A stretch of DNA of 64,000 bases, taken from Candidatus Wolframiiraptor sinensis (GTDB taxonomy: Archaea; Thermoproteota; Nitrososphaeria_A; Caldarchaeales; Wolframiiraptoraceae). A program made the translations under genes and the position numbers. A model generated the notes under the pieces. It was not told the origin of the DNA, searched no databases, and was given only the letters and a program-made list of their open reading frames with translations. The DNA lies in NCBI GenBank assembly GCA_023261815.1, contig JALNKA010000002.1, positions 76,438 to 140,437 of the forward strand, read 5' to 3'. Numbering within the stretch: the first letter of the stretch is position 1; each line of letters opens with the position of its first letter. Shown here one piece after another: positions 21,982 to 30,287 of the stretch.

Positions 21982-22830
21982 TTGGCTAGGAGGAGGCCCG
22001 CGGTCTCAGGAATGTTCTATCCATCGGCGCGAGAAAGCCTGCTAAGGGAGATAGAATCCTGCTTCCTGCATATGCTCGGGCCTGGAGCGCTCCCGAGGAG
22101 AGTTAAGGGGGATAAGAGGCCGAGCGCCCTGATCTCGCCCCATGCCGGCTACATGTACTCAGGGCCCGTCGCCGCTCACGCTTATGCGCAGCTGGATGAA
22201 TGCAGGGTTGAGACGGCCATATTACTCGGCCCAAATCACTATGGTGTTGGAACTCCTGTCTCCATCTTCCCGGAGGGCGTCTGGGCGACGCCGCTCGGCG
22301 AGATCCCGATCGACACCGAGCTGGCCATGGAGCTATCAAGGATATCCGACGTCTTCTCCTTGGACGAGATATCCCATGAGCACGAGCACTCGATAGAGGT
22401 TCAGCTGCCATTCCTCCAATACGTTGTCGGCGGCTTCAAGCTGGTCCCAATATGCATGCTAGACCAGAGCATCGAGACTGCCATGAGGGTTGGCGAGGCG
22501 ATAGCAGAGATCCTCAGGAGGAGGAATGATGTCGCCCTGATAGCATCAAGTGACATGACGCATTATGAGCCCCATGAGCGCGCGTGCAGAAAGGATTCCA
22601 TAGCGCTGGAGAAGATAAGAAGCCTGGACGTCGAGGGCCTCTACGAGGCAATTCTCGAGCACGATATATCCATGTGCGGATATGGGCCTGTGGCCGCGGT
22701 GCTCCACGCCTGCAGGAGAATTGGTGCCCATCAAGCCGAGGTCCTGAAATATGCCACGAGCGGCGACATATCCGGCGACTACAGCTCCGTCGTCGGCTAC
22801 GCGGCCGTCAAGATAGGGCTTCCAGAGTAG
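21982..22830 (+). CDS. MEMO1 family protein (AmmeMemoRadiSam system protein B-like)
   Basis: Memo signature (ISPHAGY.YSG, EHS.E.QLPF); 282 aa. Confidence 0.85.
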   Translation: MARRRPAVSGMFYPSARESLLREIESCFLHMLGPGALPRRVKGDKRPSALISPHAGYMYSGPVAAHAYAQLDECRVETAILLGPNHYGVGTPVSIFPEGVWATPLGEIPIDTELAMELSRISDVFSLDEISHEHEHSIEVQLPFLQYVVGGFKLVPICMLDQSIETAMRVGEAIAEILRRRNDVALIASSDMTHYEPHERACRKDSIALEKIRSLDVEGLYEAILEHDISMCGYGPVAAVLHACRRIGAHQAEVLKYATSGDISGDYSSVVGYAAVKIGLPE

Positions 22831-22883
22831 CCCGGGAAAAGGGTTAAGAGGAGAGCCTTTACCTCGTCTGGAAGAGGCTGGCG

Positions 22884-23105
22884 ATGAGCAAGAGGGTTGA
22901 GAAGATCGAGGAGCCCGTCCCAGCGGTCGTCGAGCAGATAGTGGGCAGGACCGGCGTAACCGGCGAGGTTACCCAGGTCAGAGTCAGGATACTCGAGGGA
23001 AGGGATGCTGGTAGGGTCATCTCGAGGAACGTCAAGGGTCCGGTGAGGATCGGAGACATCATAATGCTCTTGGACACTGAGAGGGAAGCTGAGAAGATAA
23101 GGTAA
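22884..23105 (+). CDS. rps28e: 30S ribosomal protein S28e
   Basis: A.V..I.GRTG.TGEVTQV.V..L.GRD.GR...RNV.GP.R.GD-type S28e sequence. Confidence 0.9.
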   Translation: MSKRVEKIEEPVPAVVEQIVGRTGVTGEVTQVRVRILEGRDAGRVISRNVKGPVRIGDIIMLLDTEREAEKIR

Positions 23106-23111
23106 GGCGGG

Positions 23112-23318
23112 GTGGCTGCCATGCCGACGAGGCATAAATGCGCCTTCTGCGGGAGAGAGTTCCTCCACGGCAAGGGCATGCTATACGTGAGGAATGATGG
23201 GTCGCAGCTCTGGTTCTGCTCTAGGAAATGCAGGATCAGCATGATAGACCTGAGGAGGGATCCGCGCAAATTCAAGTGGACGGAGAAGTACGCGCCCGAG
23301 ACCATCAGGGCCAGGTGA
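23112..23318 (+). CDS. rpl24e: 50S ribosomal protein L24e
   Basis: C.FCG....G.G..YVR.DG....FCS.KC L24e zinc-binding motif. Confidence 0.9.
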   Translation: MAAMPTRHKCAFCGREFLHGKGMLYVRNDGSQLWFCSRKCRISMIDLRRDPRKFKWTEKYAPETIRAR

Positions 23319-23368
23319 GGCGCTCCCTAGAGATCATCCATATATTGCCGCTCATCAAGCCACAGGAT

Positions 23369-23806
23369 ATGAGCGAGAGAAGCGAGATCGAGAGAACATT
23401 CGTAATGCTCAAGCCCAGCTGCATCCAAAGGGGGTTGATGGGCGAAGTCATCTCCAGATTCGAGAGAAAGGGATTCAGGATACTCCAGATAAAGATCCTG
23501 AAGATGCCCAGGGAGAAGGCGGAGGAGCTATACAGGGTTCATGAGGGCAAGCCCTTCTACCAAAGCCTGATAAACGCGATATCCGGAAAGACCGTGGCCC
23601 TGATGGTTCTCGAGGGCAGGAGGGCGATAAGCGTCGTCAGGAAGATTATAGGCGCAACCGATCCAGCGCAAGCGGAGGCAGGCACAATCCGCGGAGACCT
23701 CGCAATAGACCTAACCGACAACCTGATCCACGCCTCGGATAGCCCCGAATCATATGAGCGCGAGCACAGGATATTCTTCAGCGAGGAGGAGCTAGAGACA
23801 GCATGA
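23369..23806 (+). CDS. ndk: Nucleoside diphosphate kinase
   Basis: ERTFVMLKP...RGL.GE.ISRFE.KGF plus the catalytic His region. The track ORF starts at 23228 as a spurious 5' extension overlapping rpl24e; the in-frame ATG at 23369 gives a canonical NDK N-terminus. Confidence 0.9.
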   Translation: MSERSEIERTFVMLKPSCIQRGLMGEVISRFERKGFRILQIKILKMPREKAEELYRVHEGKPFYQSLINAISGKTVALMVLEGRRAISVVRKIIGATDPAQAEAGTIRGDLAIDLTDNLIHASDSPESYEREHRIFFSEEELETA

Positions 23807-23864
23807 TCGCCTCGGCCAAAGCATAAATGTTAAGAGCTGGAGGCTCCAGACCTGTAAAAGGAGG

Positions 23865-25097
23865 TTGTCGACCATTAAGCCGCTTCCAGCTCAGCCTGAG
23901 GTGAATATCGGGACGTTGGGCCACGTCGATAATGGTAAGAGCACGATAGTTCAAGCGATAACGGGCATTTGGCCGGCGAGGCACTCGGAGGAGCTGAAGA
24001 GGGGGATTACGATCAAAATAGGATACGCTGATGCCGCGATTTACCGTTGCCCCAGCTGCGAGGAGCCCCACAACTACACGACGCGGGAGAAGTGCCCGAG
24101 ATGCGGCTCGAATACTGAGTTCGTCAGGGCCATCTCCTTCATAGACTGCCCGGGCCATCACTCCCTCATGATTACCATGCTATCCGGCGCAGCGCTCTTC
24201 GACGGGGCGATATTCGTCGCCGATGTCAGGCATAAGTTCCCGCAGCCACAGGATCGAGAGCATCTTCAAGCAGCGCTAATACTCGGCGTCAAAAACGTGA
24301 TATTCGCCCAGAACAAGATTGATGTCTCGACTAGGGAGAGGGCTCTGGAGAACTACGAGGAGATCAGGAGCTACATTAAGAAGACAATCGTTGAGAATGC
24401 GCCGATAATCCCGGTCTCGGGCCAACATGAGATCGGAATAGACGTGCTTCTCTGGGCCATGGAGAAGTTCATACCAACGCCTCCCAAAGAACTGGATAAG
24501 CCATTCCGCATGCCAATCCTCAGGTCATTCGACATCAACCCGCCCGGGACACCGGCGCAGAAGCTGAAAGGCGGTGTAATAGGGGGCTCAATAATCAGGG
24601 GCGTCATCAGGGTTGGCGACGAGATAGAGATCGCACCGGGCCCGATAATCGATGGAAAGTGTGAGCCAATTATTACGGAGGTGGTGAACATCAAAGCCGG
24701 TGGAAGAAATGTCGAGGAGGCCAGGAGCGGCGGGCTGACGGGGATAGAGACAAAACTCGATCCAGCCCTGACGAAAGCCGACGGTATGACGGGTAACATG
24801 GCTGGAAAGCCTGGAACACTTCCACCCGTAAGAAGCCACTTGGAGATAGAGTACAAGCTCTTCGAGAAGGTGGTTGGATTGAGCGAGGATGTCGCGGTGG
24901 CTCCCATAAGGGAGGGCGAGAACATCGTGATAAACATCTACTCTGCGGTCACGAGTGGGGTCGTCAAAAGGCGGACGAGCGATAAGATGGAGCTGGCCCT
25001 GAGGAGGCCGATCGTGGCCGATGACGGCGACAAGGTCGCGATATCCAGAATAATGGGGTCAGCATGGAGGTTAATAGGGTACGGGAAGATAGTCTAG
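23865..25097 (+). CDS. eif2g: Translation initiation factor aIF-2 gamma subunit
   Basis: GTPase G1 GHVDNGKST, a Zn-ribbon insertion (CPSC...CPRCG), NKID and the domain II/III pattern, in the canonical position between ndk and PIN-rpoE. The switch II region is unusual (DCPGHH). Confidence 0.85.
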   Translation: MSTIKPLPAQPEVNIGTLGHVDNGKSTIVQAITGIWPARHSEELKRGITIKIGYADAAIYRCPSCEEPHNYTTREKCPRCGSNTEFVRAISFIDCPGHHSLMITMLSGAALFDGAIFVADVRHKFPQPQDREHLQAALILGVKNVIFAQNKIDVSTRERALENYEEIRSYIKKTIVENAPIIPVSGQHEIGIDVLLWAMEKFIPTPPKELDKPFRMPILRSFDINPPGTPAQKLKGGVIGGSIIRGVIRVGDEIEIAPGPIIDGKCEPIITEVVNIKAGGRNVEEARSGGLTGIETKLDPALTKADGMTGNMAGKPGTLPPVRSHLEIEYKLFEKVVGLSEDVAVAPIREGENIVINIYSAVTSGVVKRRTSDKMELALRRPIVADDGDKVAISRIMGSAWRLIGYGKIV

Positions 25098-25099
25098 CG

Positions 25100-25486
25100 A
25101 TGAAGGTCTTGGTTGATGCAAGCTTTCTGATGCTATGCGCGGAAGTAGGGAGAGACTTCATGCAGATGGCAGAGGAGGCGATCGGAGAGCCCATAGAGCC
25201 TTATGTGACCGAGGAGGTGCTCAATGAGCTGAAGAGCATCGCTGGGAGGGGTGGTAGGAGGGGGCGGCTCGCGGCGCTCGCGCTCAAAATAGCCGGCGGG
25301 ATGAGCCTCATCCGGGGAGGGGGAGGCGTGCCGGCGGATATGAGACTCCTCCAGGAAGCCGCGCGGCTCAAGGCCGCCATAGCCACGGCGGATCTAAGCC
25401 TGATAAGAAGGGCTAGATCCCTGGGAATACCGGTAATAAGCATCGGATCGGATATGAGGATAGTTTTCGAGGGGGTTAGGCTCTAG
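25100..25486 (+). CDS. PIN-domain protein (conserved neighbour of aIF2-gamma/rpoE in archaea)
   Basis: MKVLVDASFLM N-terminus and a PIN-like acidic residue spacing. Start chosen at the ATG at 25100 rather than the track start at 25064. Confidence 0.55.
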   Translation: MKVLVDASFLMLCAEVGRDFMQMAEEAIGEPIEPYVTEEVLNELKSIAGRGGRRGRLAALALKIAGGMSLIRGGGGVPADMRLLQEAARLKAAIATADLSLIRRARSLGIPVISIGSDMRIVFEGVRL

Positions 25487-25553
25487 GCTGAAGAGCAATC
25501 CTTAAATCCGGAGCAAATATCTAAATTTCGCTAGTTTTTGAAGGGTTAGGAAA

Positions 25554-26141
25554 ATGTTCTACCTCGTGGAGATAGAGGATGTTGTTGCGGTTCCTCCGAG
25601 GGATTTCGGCAAACCGCTTAAGAAGGTGGTATTGGAGAGGGTTAAGGAGGCTTATGAGGGAAAGATCCTAGAAGATCTCGGATACGTCGTCATGGTCGTG
25701 GATGTTGACGCCGACCCGATCGGAGTGCTTCTTCCCAGAGATGGCGCGACATATCACAGGGCTAGGGCGAAGCTTCTCTGCTTCCATCCGAGGATACAGG
25801 AGGTCGGCGAAGGAGAAGTTGTCGAGATCACCGAGTTCGGCGCATTCATCAGGGTCGGCCCGCTTGACGCGCTCCTACACATCTCACAGATAATGGATGA
25901 CTACATAACATACGATGAGAGGCATTCAGTTCTCATGGGCAAGAAGAGCGGTAATAAGCTCGAAGTAGGAGATGATGTAAGATTCAGAGTCGTCGCCGTA
26001 TCATTAACGCATGGAACTACGGGCAAGATCGGGGTAACGACGAGGCAGCCGTATCTCGGGAAGCTGGATTGGATTAAGAAGAGCTTGGAGAAGCTCGCGC
26101 CTGAGCCGAAGAAGGCGAAAGCCGTGGCGGGTGAGGAGTAG
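25554..26141 (+). CDS. rpoE: DNA-directed RNA polymerase subunit E (Rpb7 homolog)
   Basis: N-terminal Rpb7-like fold followed by an S1 domain (GEVV.G.VT....FGAF..). Confidence 0.9.
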   Translation: MFYLVEIEDVVAVPPRDFGKPLKKVVLERVKEAYEGKILEDLGYVVMVVDVDADPIGVLLPRDGATYHRARAKLLCFHPRIQEVGEGEVVEITEFGAFIRVGPLDALLHISQIMDDYITYDERHSVLMGKKSGNKLEVGDDVRFRVVAVSLTHGTTGKIGVTTRQPYLGKLDWIKKSLEKLAPEPKKAKAVAGEE

Positions 26142-26336
26142 TTGCCCGCGGCGCTTAGAGCATGCAGGGACTGCAAGCACATAACGGCCTCGAAGGATAG
26201 ATGCGAGAACTGCGGCTCAACGAATCTCACGCAAGCATTCTCCGGGATGATAATAATCCTGGATGAGGAGAGGTCCGAGATAGCGCGTGAGCTCGGGATA
26301 AGGAAGAAGGGGGCCTATGCGATCCGAGTCGCCTAA
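26142..26336 (+). CDS. spt4: Transcription elongation factor Spt4 (RpoE'')
   Basis: ACRDC.......C.NCGS Zn-ribbon and 64 aa, immediately after rpoE; TTG start. Confidence 0.85.
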   Translation: MPAALRACRDCKHITASKDRCENCGSTNLTQAFSGMIIILDEERSEIARELGIRKKGAYAIRVA

Positions 26337-26886
26337 GTGGCCTCCAAAGCATAAGCTGATCTTCCCAGAGAGCGTCAAGAAGCTTCTCAAGGAGCCGGCG
26401 GGCAAGCTCATATCCGGAGACCCGGATCAGGTGATAGAGGAGGTTAAGCGGCTGATCGAGGCGGATAATCCGCCGCTCGTCATCGCGGTTGGAGATTATA
26501 CCTCAGCGAAGCTGAGGGAGCACGCGGCGCGCGTGAACGTATACGTCGTTGACGGGAGGATCGAGAGAAGGCCGTCCGCAGTGTTCGATGCAACCGGGTT
26601 GAGGATAATCGAGTGCGTGAATGAGCCCGGGACCATAAGCCCGGAAGCTGCTTCAAGGCTTCACGAGCTTCTAGCGAGGCCCGGCATCAGAGACGTCGTT
26701 CTTCTCGTGAGGGGCGAGGAAGACCTCCTCACCCTAGCGGCCATAATCTCCGCGCCCGAGGGCTCAGCCATAATCTACGGCCAGCCGGGAGCTGGAAGCG
26801 TTTACGTGAAAGTGGATAAGAATATGAAAGAGAGGGCTCTTGAGATACTCGAGCTCGCGGAGTCCAGCGCCTCATCGGAGGGATGA
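26317..26886 (+). CDS. GTP-dependent dephospho-CoA kinase (DUF359 family)
   Basis: IAVGDYTS...VDGRIERR core typical of DUF359. Overlaps spt4 by 20 nt. Confidence 0.75.
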   Translation: MRSESPKWPPKHKLIFPESVKKLLKEPAGKLISGDPDQVIEEVKRLIEADNPPLVIAVGDYTSAKLREHAARVNVYVVDGRIERRPSAVFDATGLRIIECVNEPGTISPEAASRLHELLARPGIRDVVLLVRGEEDLLTLAAIISAPEGSAIIYGQPGAGSVYVKVDKNMKERALEILELAESSASSEG

Positions 26887-26943
26887 AGTTTATTTAGTGC
26901 TCGCTTATCCTGAAAAGCGCCCTTCAAGTCGGAGGGAGGCGGC

Positions 26944-27225
26944 TTGCCCCGAAGATACCTCAGGACCAGGAGCAGGAAGAGGAAGTATGTGAGGACTCCG
27001 GGCGGCAGGGTTGTGATCCATTACGTCGAGGAGAAGAGGAGTCATCATCACTGCGCTAGATGCGGCGGCATAATCCACGGCATACCGAGGGAGAAGGACT
27101 TTAAGCTTGCTCATAGCGAGAGAACCGTCGAGAGATATTACGGCGGAGTCCTATGCCAGAACTGCTTGGAGGAGCTGATCAGAGTGCAGGTCGCGAGGGA
27201 GTGGGAGGCTATTACTCGAGCCTGA
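26944..27225 (+). CDS. rpl34e: 50S ribosomal protein L34e
   Basis: R.SR.KR...RTPGGR.V.HY..K....C..CG..L.G L34e signature; TTG start. Confidence 0.85.
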   Translation: MPRRYLRTRSRKRKYVRTPGGRVVIHYVEEKRSHHHCARCGGIIHGIPREKDFKLAHSERTVERYYGGVLCQNCLEELIRVQVAREWEAITRA

Positions 27226-27784
27226 AAAACTCCTTAACCGCTGTGAGCGCTATCCTGAAAACGGACTCCTCATCCAAGTTGCTCGTGTCGAGGATCAAGT
27301 GGAATGGCTCGAAATCTCTTCCAAGCGCTATGCCATAAATCCTCTGATAAAGCTCGGAGCTCTCTCTATCTCTCTTCTCGAGAATCCTTAACGCCTCTTC
27401 AAACGATACCCCGCTGCGCCTTGATACCCTTCTAGCCCTGACCTCGAGATTCGCCTTGAGCCATATGTTGAAGCCGCCCTTGTATAGCCATGGTAAAACC
27501 CAGCTATCGATGACAACATTGCCCTTCTCAGCGAGCTCTATGAGCTGCTGATCGACCTCCCTGTCGAAGTCCGGGTTCCTCATCCTCTCCTCCAGAAACC
27601 TCAGTCCATCACCTGTCTCCCACCACTCCACTCCACCCGGCCTATATCCCCTCTTTATCGCTAAGAGCTTCAATCCATCTCCGCCGGATATGTAGCTGAG
27701 CCCCAGCGCCTCTGCGAGCTTTCTCCCGAGAGTGCTCTTCCCGGATCCCGCGAACCCGCTAATGCAGACCACGATCTTCCGCAT
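27212..27784 (-). CDS. cmk: Cytidylate kinase (archaeal type)
   Basis: P-loop MRKIVVCISGFAGSGKST. Start set at the internal ATG (27784); the track ORF extends to 27883. Confidence 0.85.
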   Translation of the reverse strand: MRKIVVCISGFAGSGKSTLGRKLAEALGLSYISGGDGLKLLAIKRGYRPGGVEWWETGDGLRFLEERMRNPDFDREVDQQLIELAEKGNVVIDSWVLPWLYKGGFNIWLKANLEVRARRVSRRSGVSFEEALRILEKRDRESSELYQRIYGIALGRDFEPFHLILDTSNLDEESVFRIALTAVKEFFRLE

Positions 27785-27824
27785 CGGAAAATGTCCTCCA
27801 GTCGGCATTAAATAAACCAAACCA

Positions 27825-29033
27825 TCATGGAACGCGGAGCAGCGGCTCCCTGCTGAACTCCTTGGCCTCCGAGAGCTGCTCAAGCCTCTTCAAGACCTTC
27901 TCGCGGATCTCGACGGGCTTCGCCTTCTCCCTAATGATCTTACCATTCTTTATCAGAGGCTTGAGTAGGGGCTCGACCTTCTCGCCGCATACGGGGCATC
28001 TCTCGAGCACAGCGTTGAATGGCGTTATAGTATCATGGAGCTTCCCGCACCTGTAAACTTGCTTTCTGCCCGGAAGCTTCCCCTTCTTAGAGAAAGGCTT
28101 CCCATCTACCTCGACCAGGTCCAGGGCTAGGTCTATTGATGGTGGGAATGCTATCGAGGTTCCGACCCCGAAGCCGTCTGCGATGTCGGCGAGCTCCCGA
28201 ACCTGCTCCTCATCCAGCCCACCGCTCACGAAGATCTTCACGTGCTTGTAGCCCGCTATGTCGAGAGCCCACCTCGCCTCCTCGACGATCCTTCTCATGC
28301 TGCCCCTCCTAGAGCCCGGGGTATCGAATCTGACACCGTAGAGCTTTTCGCCGAGAGCCTCAGCGGCCATTAGAGCCTCGAAGCGCTCATCTGAGAGCGT
28401 ATCGCACAACGCTATTCTGGGCACATCTGGCGGCATCACTTTGTCGAAGGCCCTCCAAGCATCGGGCTGGTTACCGAATACCAGTATGAGGGCATGAGGC
28501 ATCGTGCCGACTGGCTTAACGCCCGCGAGCTCCGCTCCCAAGATGTTCGAGACGGCGTCGCATCCGCCTATCAGCGCGTAGACATCCGCCATGGGAGCTA
28601 TTGCCGGGTGAATGGATCTTATTCCGAAGAAGAGCAGGGTCTTGCCGTTAGCGGCGATCTTCAGCCTTGCTGACTTGGTCGCTATACTCGTAGCATGCCT
28701 GAGTATGCCCAGCAGGCTCGACTCATATACTCCATACTCGACATATCTGCCATCTATCGCCATTATGGGCTCATAGACCCTGAAAAACTCGCCCTCCTCG
28801 ACAGCGTAAACATCAACATTTCTTCCCTCGAGAAGTGTCGCGGCCTCGCTTATGCCCGCAGCTATCGCCCAATCATAGCCCCTCGGAAAGCTGTATGCGT
28901 GGATCTCCGCATAAGCTCTGACATACGCTTTACCCGATTTCTCCAAAACCTCCTTCGTTCTCGCGAAATAGACATCGGTGACCTTGCCCGCCAGAATCTC
29001 CTCCTCGGAGGCCACATAGAGCTTCCTATCCAT
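27825..29033 (-). CDS. pncB: Nicotinate phosphoribosyltransferase-like (archaeal NAPRTase family) with C-terminal Zn-ribbon
   Basis: Type II PRTase barrel pattern (MPHALILVFG, VRFDTPGSRRG, SGGLD) and a C-terminal CxxC...CPVCG. Confidence 0.75.
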   Translation of the reverse strand: MDRKLYVASEEEILAGKVTDVYFARTKEVLEKSGKAYVRAYAEIHAYSFPRGYDWAIAAGISEAATLLEGRNVDVYAVEEGEFFRVYEPIMAIDGRYVEYGVYESSLLGILRHATSIATKSARLKIAANGKTLLFFGIRSIHPAIAPMADVYALIGGCDAVSNILGAELAGVKPVGTMPHALILVFGNQPDAWRAFDKVMPPDVPRIALCDTLSDERFEALMAAEALGEKLYGVRFDTPGSRRGSMRRIVEEARWALDIAGYKHVKIFVSGGLDEEQVRELADIADGFGVGTSIAFPPSIDLALDLVEVDGKPFSKKGKLPGRKQVYRCGKLHDTITPFNAVLERCPVCGEKVEPLLKPLIKNGKIIREKAKPVEIREKVLKRLEQLSEAKEFSREPLLRVP

Positions 29034-29036
29034 GCG

Positions 29037-29645
29037 CTACACCCCGAACTTGAGCCTATCAGATGATGTCAGCTCAGCCTTAAGAATCGCGCTCATAAAT
29101 CTTAAAGATGAGATATGATCGAACTCGTGGATCGTGAACACCGCATCAACGGGGACTATGAGCTTATAGCTCCTCATCGCGGCGCCGATAGCCGTACATA
29201 AAACGCACACGTTTCCCAGCAGCCCCGTCAGAATGAGAGTCCCGATATTCTTAGATCTGAGAATGTGGTCGAGAGGAGTCGAGTAGAAGGCATCGTAGCT
29301 TGGCTTCCTGATCGTTATCTCGCCCTCAGCGGGCTTGAGCTCATCAACTATCTCGGCGCCCCACGTTCCCTCAACAGCGTGCTCTCCCCAGATCTTGAAC
29401 TCCGGATCATCCCTAATATGCCAGTCTTGAGTATAGATCACGGTCGCGCCGGCTCTTCTCGCGGATAATAGAATGCTCTTGATAGGCTGGATGATCTTCT
29501 CGGCGCCTCGAGCATAAAGCCTTCCAGATGGGCTCGCGAAGTCGTTCTGAACATCAATTATCAAGAGCGCGGACTCCGCGGGCTTGACCACGACATCCTT
29601 AACCTCGAGCTTCTCGGGTAGCTTCAGGATCTCGGGAAAGCTCAC
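29037..29645 (-). CDS. pncA: Isochorismatase-family hydrolase, nicotinamidase-like
   Basis: ALLIIDVQNDF...catalytic Cys in LTGL.GNVCV; adjacent to the NAPRTase gene. Confidence 0.8.
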   Translation of the reverse strand: MSFPEILKLPEKLEVKDVVVKPAESALLIIDVQNDFASPSGRLYARGAEKIIQPIKSILLSARRAGATVIYTQDWHIRDDPEFKIWGEHAVEGTWGAEIVDELKPAEGEITIRKPSYDAFYSTPLDHILRSKNIGTLILTGLLGNVCVLCTAIGAAMRSYKLIVPVDAVFTIHEFDHISSLRFMSAILKAELTSSDRLKFGV

Positions 29646-29759
29646 AGCAAGCCCTCAGCCATATGCACGGCCGTAAAATTAACCTTTACGGGAAGATCAG
29701 CTAAGAGATCATGCCTCCGAGAAGAGCCCTTATATTGAGGGCGGAGGGGCAACCTCATA

Positions 29760-29945
29760 ATGAGCAGAGGTGAAGAAATTGTTCTGCCGCTCTGCACGTC
29801 GTGCAGGAAGCCCATCGAGCCCCATGAGTATGCTGTTAAATTTCCCTGCCCCAATTGCGGTAAGGTGATCATCTGGAGGTGCAGGCTATGCAGGGAGCTC
29901 GCGAAGCCCTATACGTGCCCCTCCTGCGGCTTCACAGGCCCATGA
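29760..29945 (+). CDS. COG2888-type Zn-ribbon protein (conserved neighbour of aEF-1beta)
   Basis: Four CxxC pairs ending in [11 protein letters not shown]; 61 aa. Confidence 0.7.
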   Translation: MSRGEEIVLPLCTSCRKPIEPHEYAVKFPCPNCGKVIIWRCRLCRELAKPYTCPSCGFTGP

Positions 29946-29957
29946 GGTGATCCACGC

Positions 29958-30224
29958 ATGGCTAAGGTGGCCATTATAGTTGAGATAATGCCGGAGGACC
30001 CGGACATGGACTTGGATCAGCTGGTTGAGAGGATAAGAAGCGGCCTCCCCCAAGAATTCGAGCTGAAGCATGTAGAGGTCAAGCCCGTGGCCTTCGGCCT
30101 CAAGCTGCTAAGAGCGATGTTCGTGCTACCCGATAGAGAGGGCTCATCCGAGATTCTCGAGAAAGCTCTAAGCCAGGTGGAAGGCATCCAGGAAGTAAAT
30201 ATCGTGGCCTCAACGAGAATATAG
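29958..30224 (+). CDS. ef1b: Elongation factor 1-beta (aEF-1B)
   Basis: 88 aa with VEVKPVAFGLK...V.S sequence typical of aEF1B. Confidence 0.9.
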   Translation: MAKVAIIVEIMPEDPDMDLDQLVERIRSGLPQEFELKHVEVKPVAFGLKLLRAMFVLPDREGSSEILEKALSQVEGIQEVNIVASTRI

Positions 30225-30287
30225 CTGCTTGATCATGGCGTTTGTGACTTAAATAGTGGCTGAGCATCTATGGATAATGCGGAATAG

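Noticed and set aside
23228-23368. 5' extension of the ndk ORF overlapping rpl24e
   Set aside because: Arg/Gln-rich extension with no similarity to NDK N-termini. The in-frame ATG at 23369 gives the canonical start.
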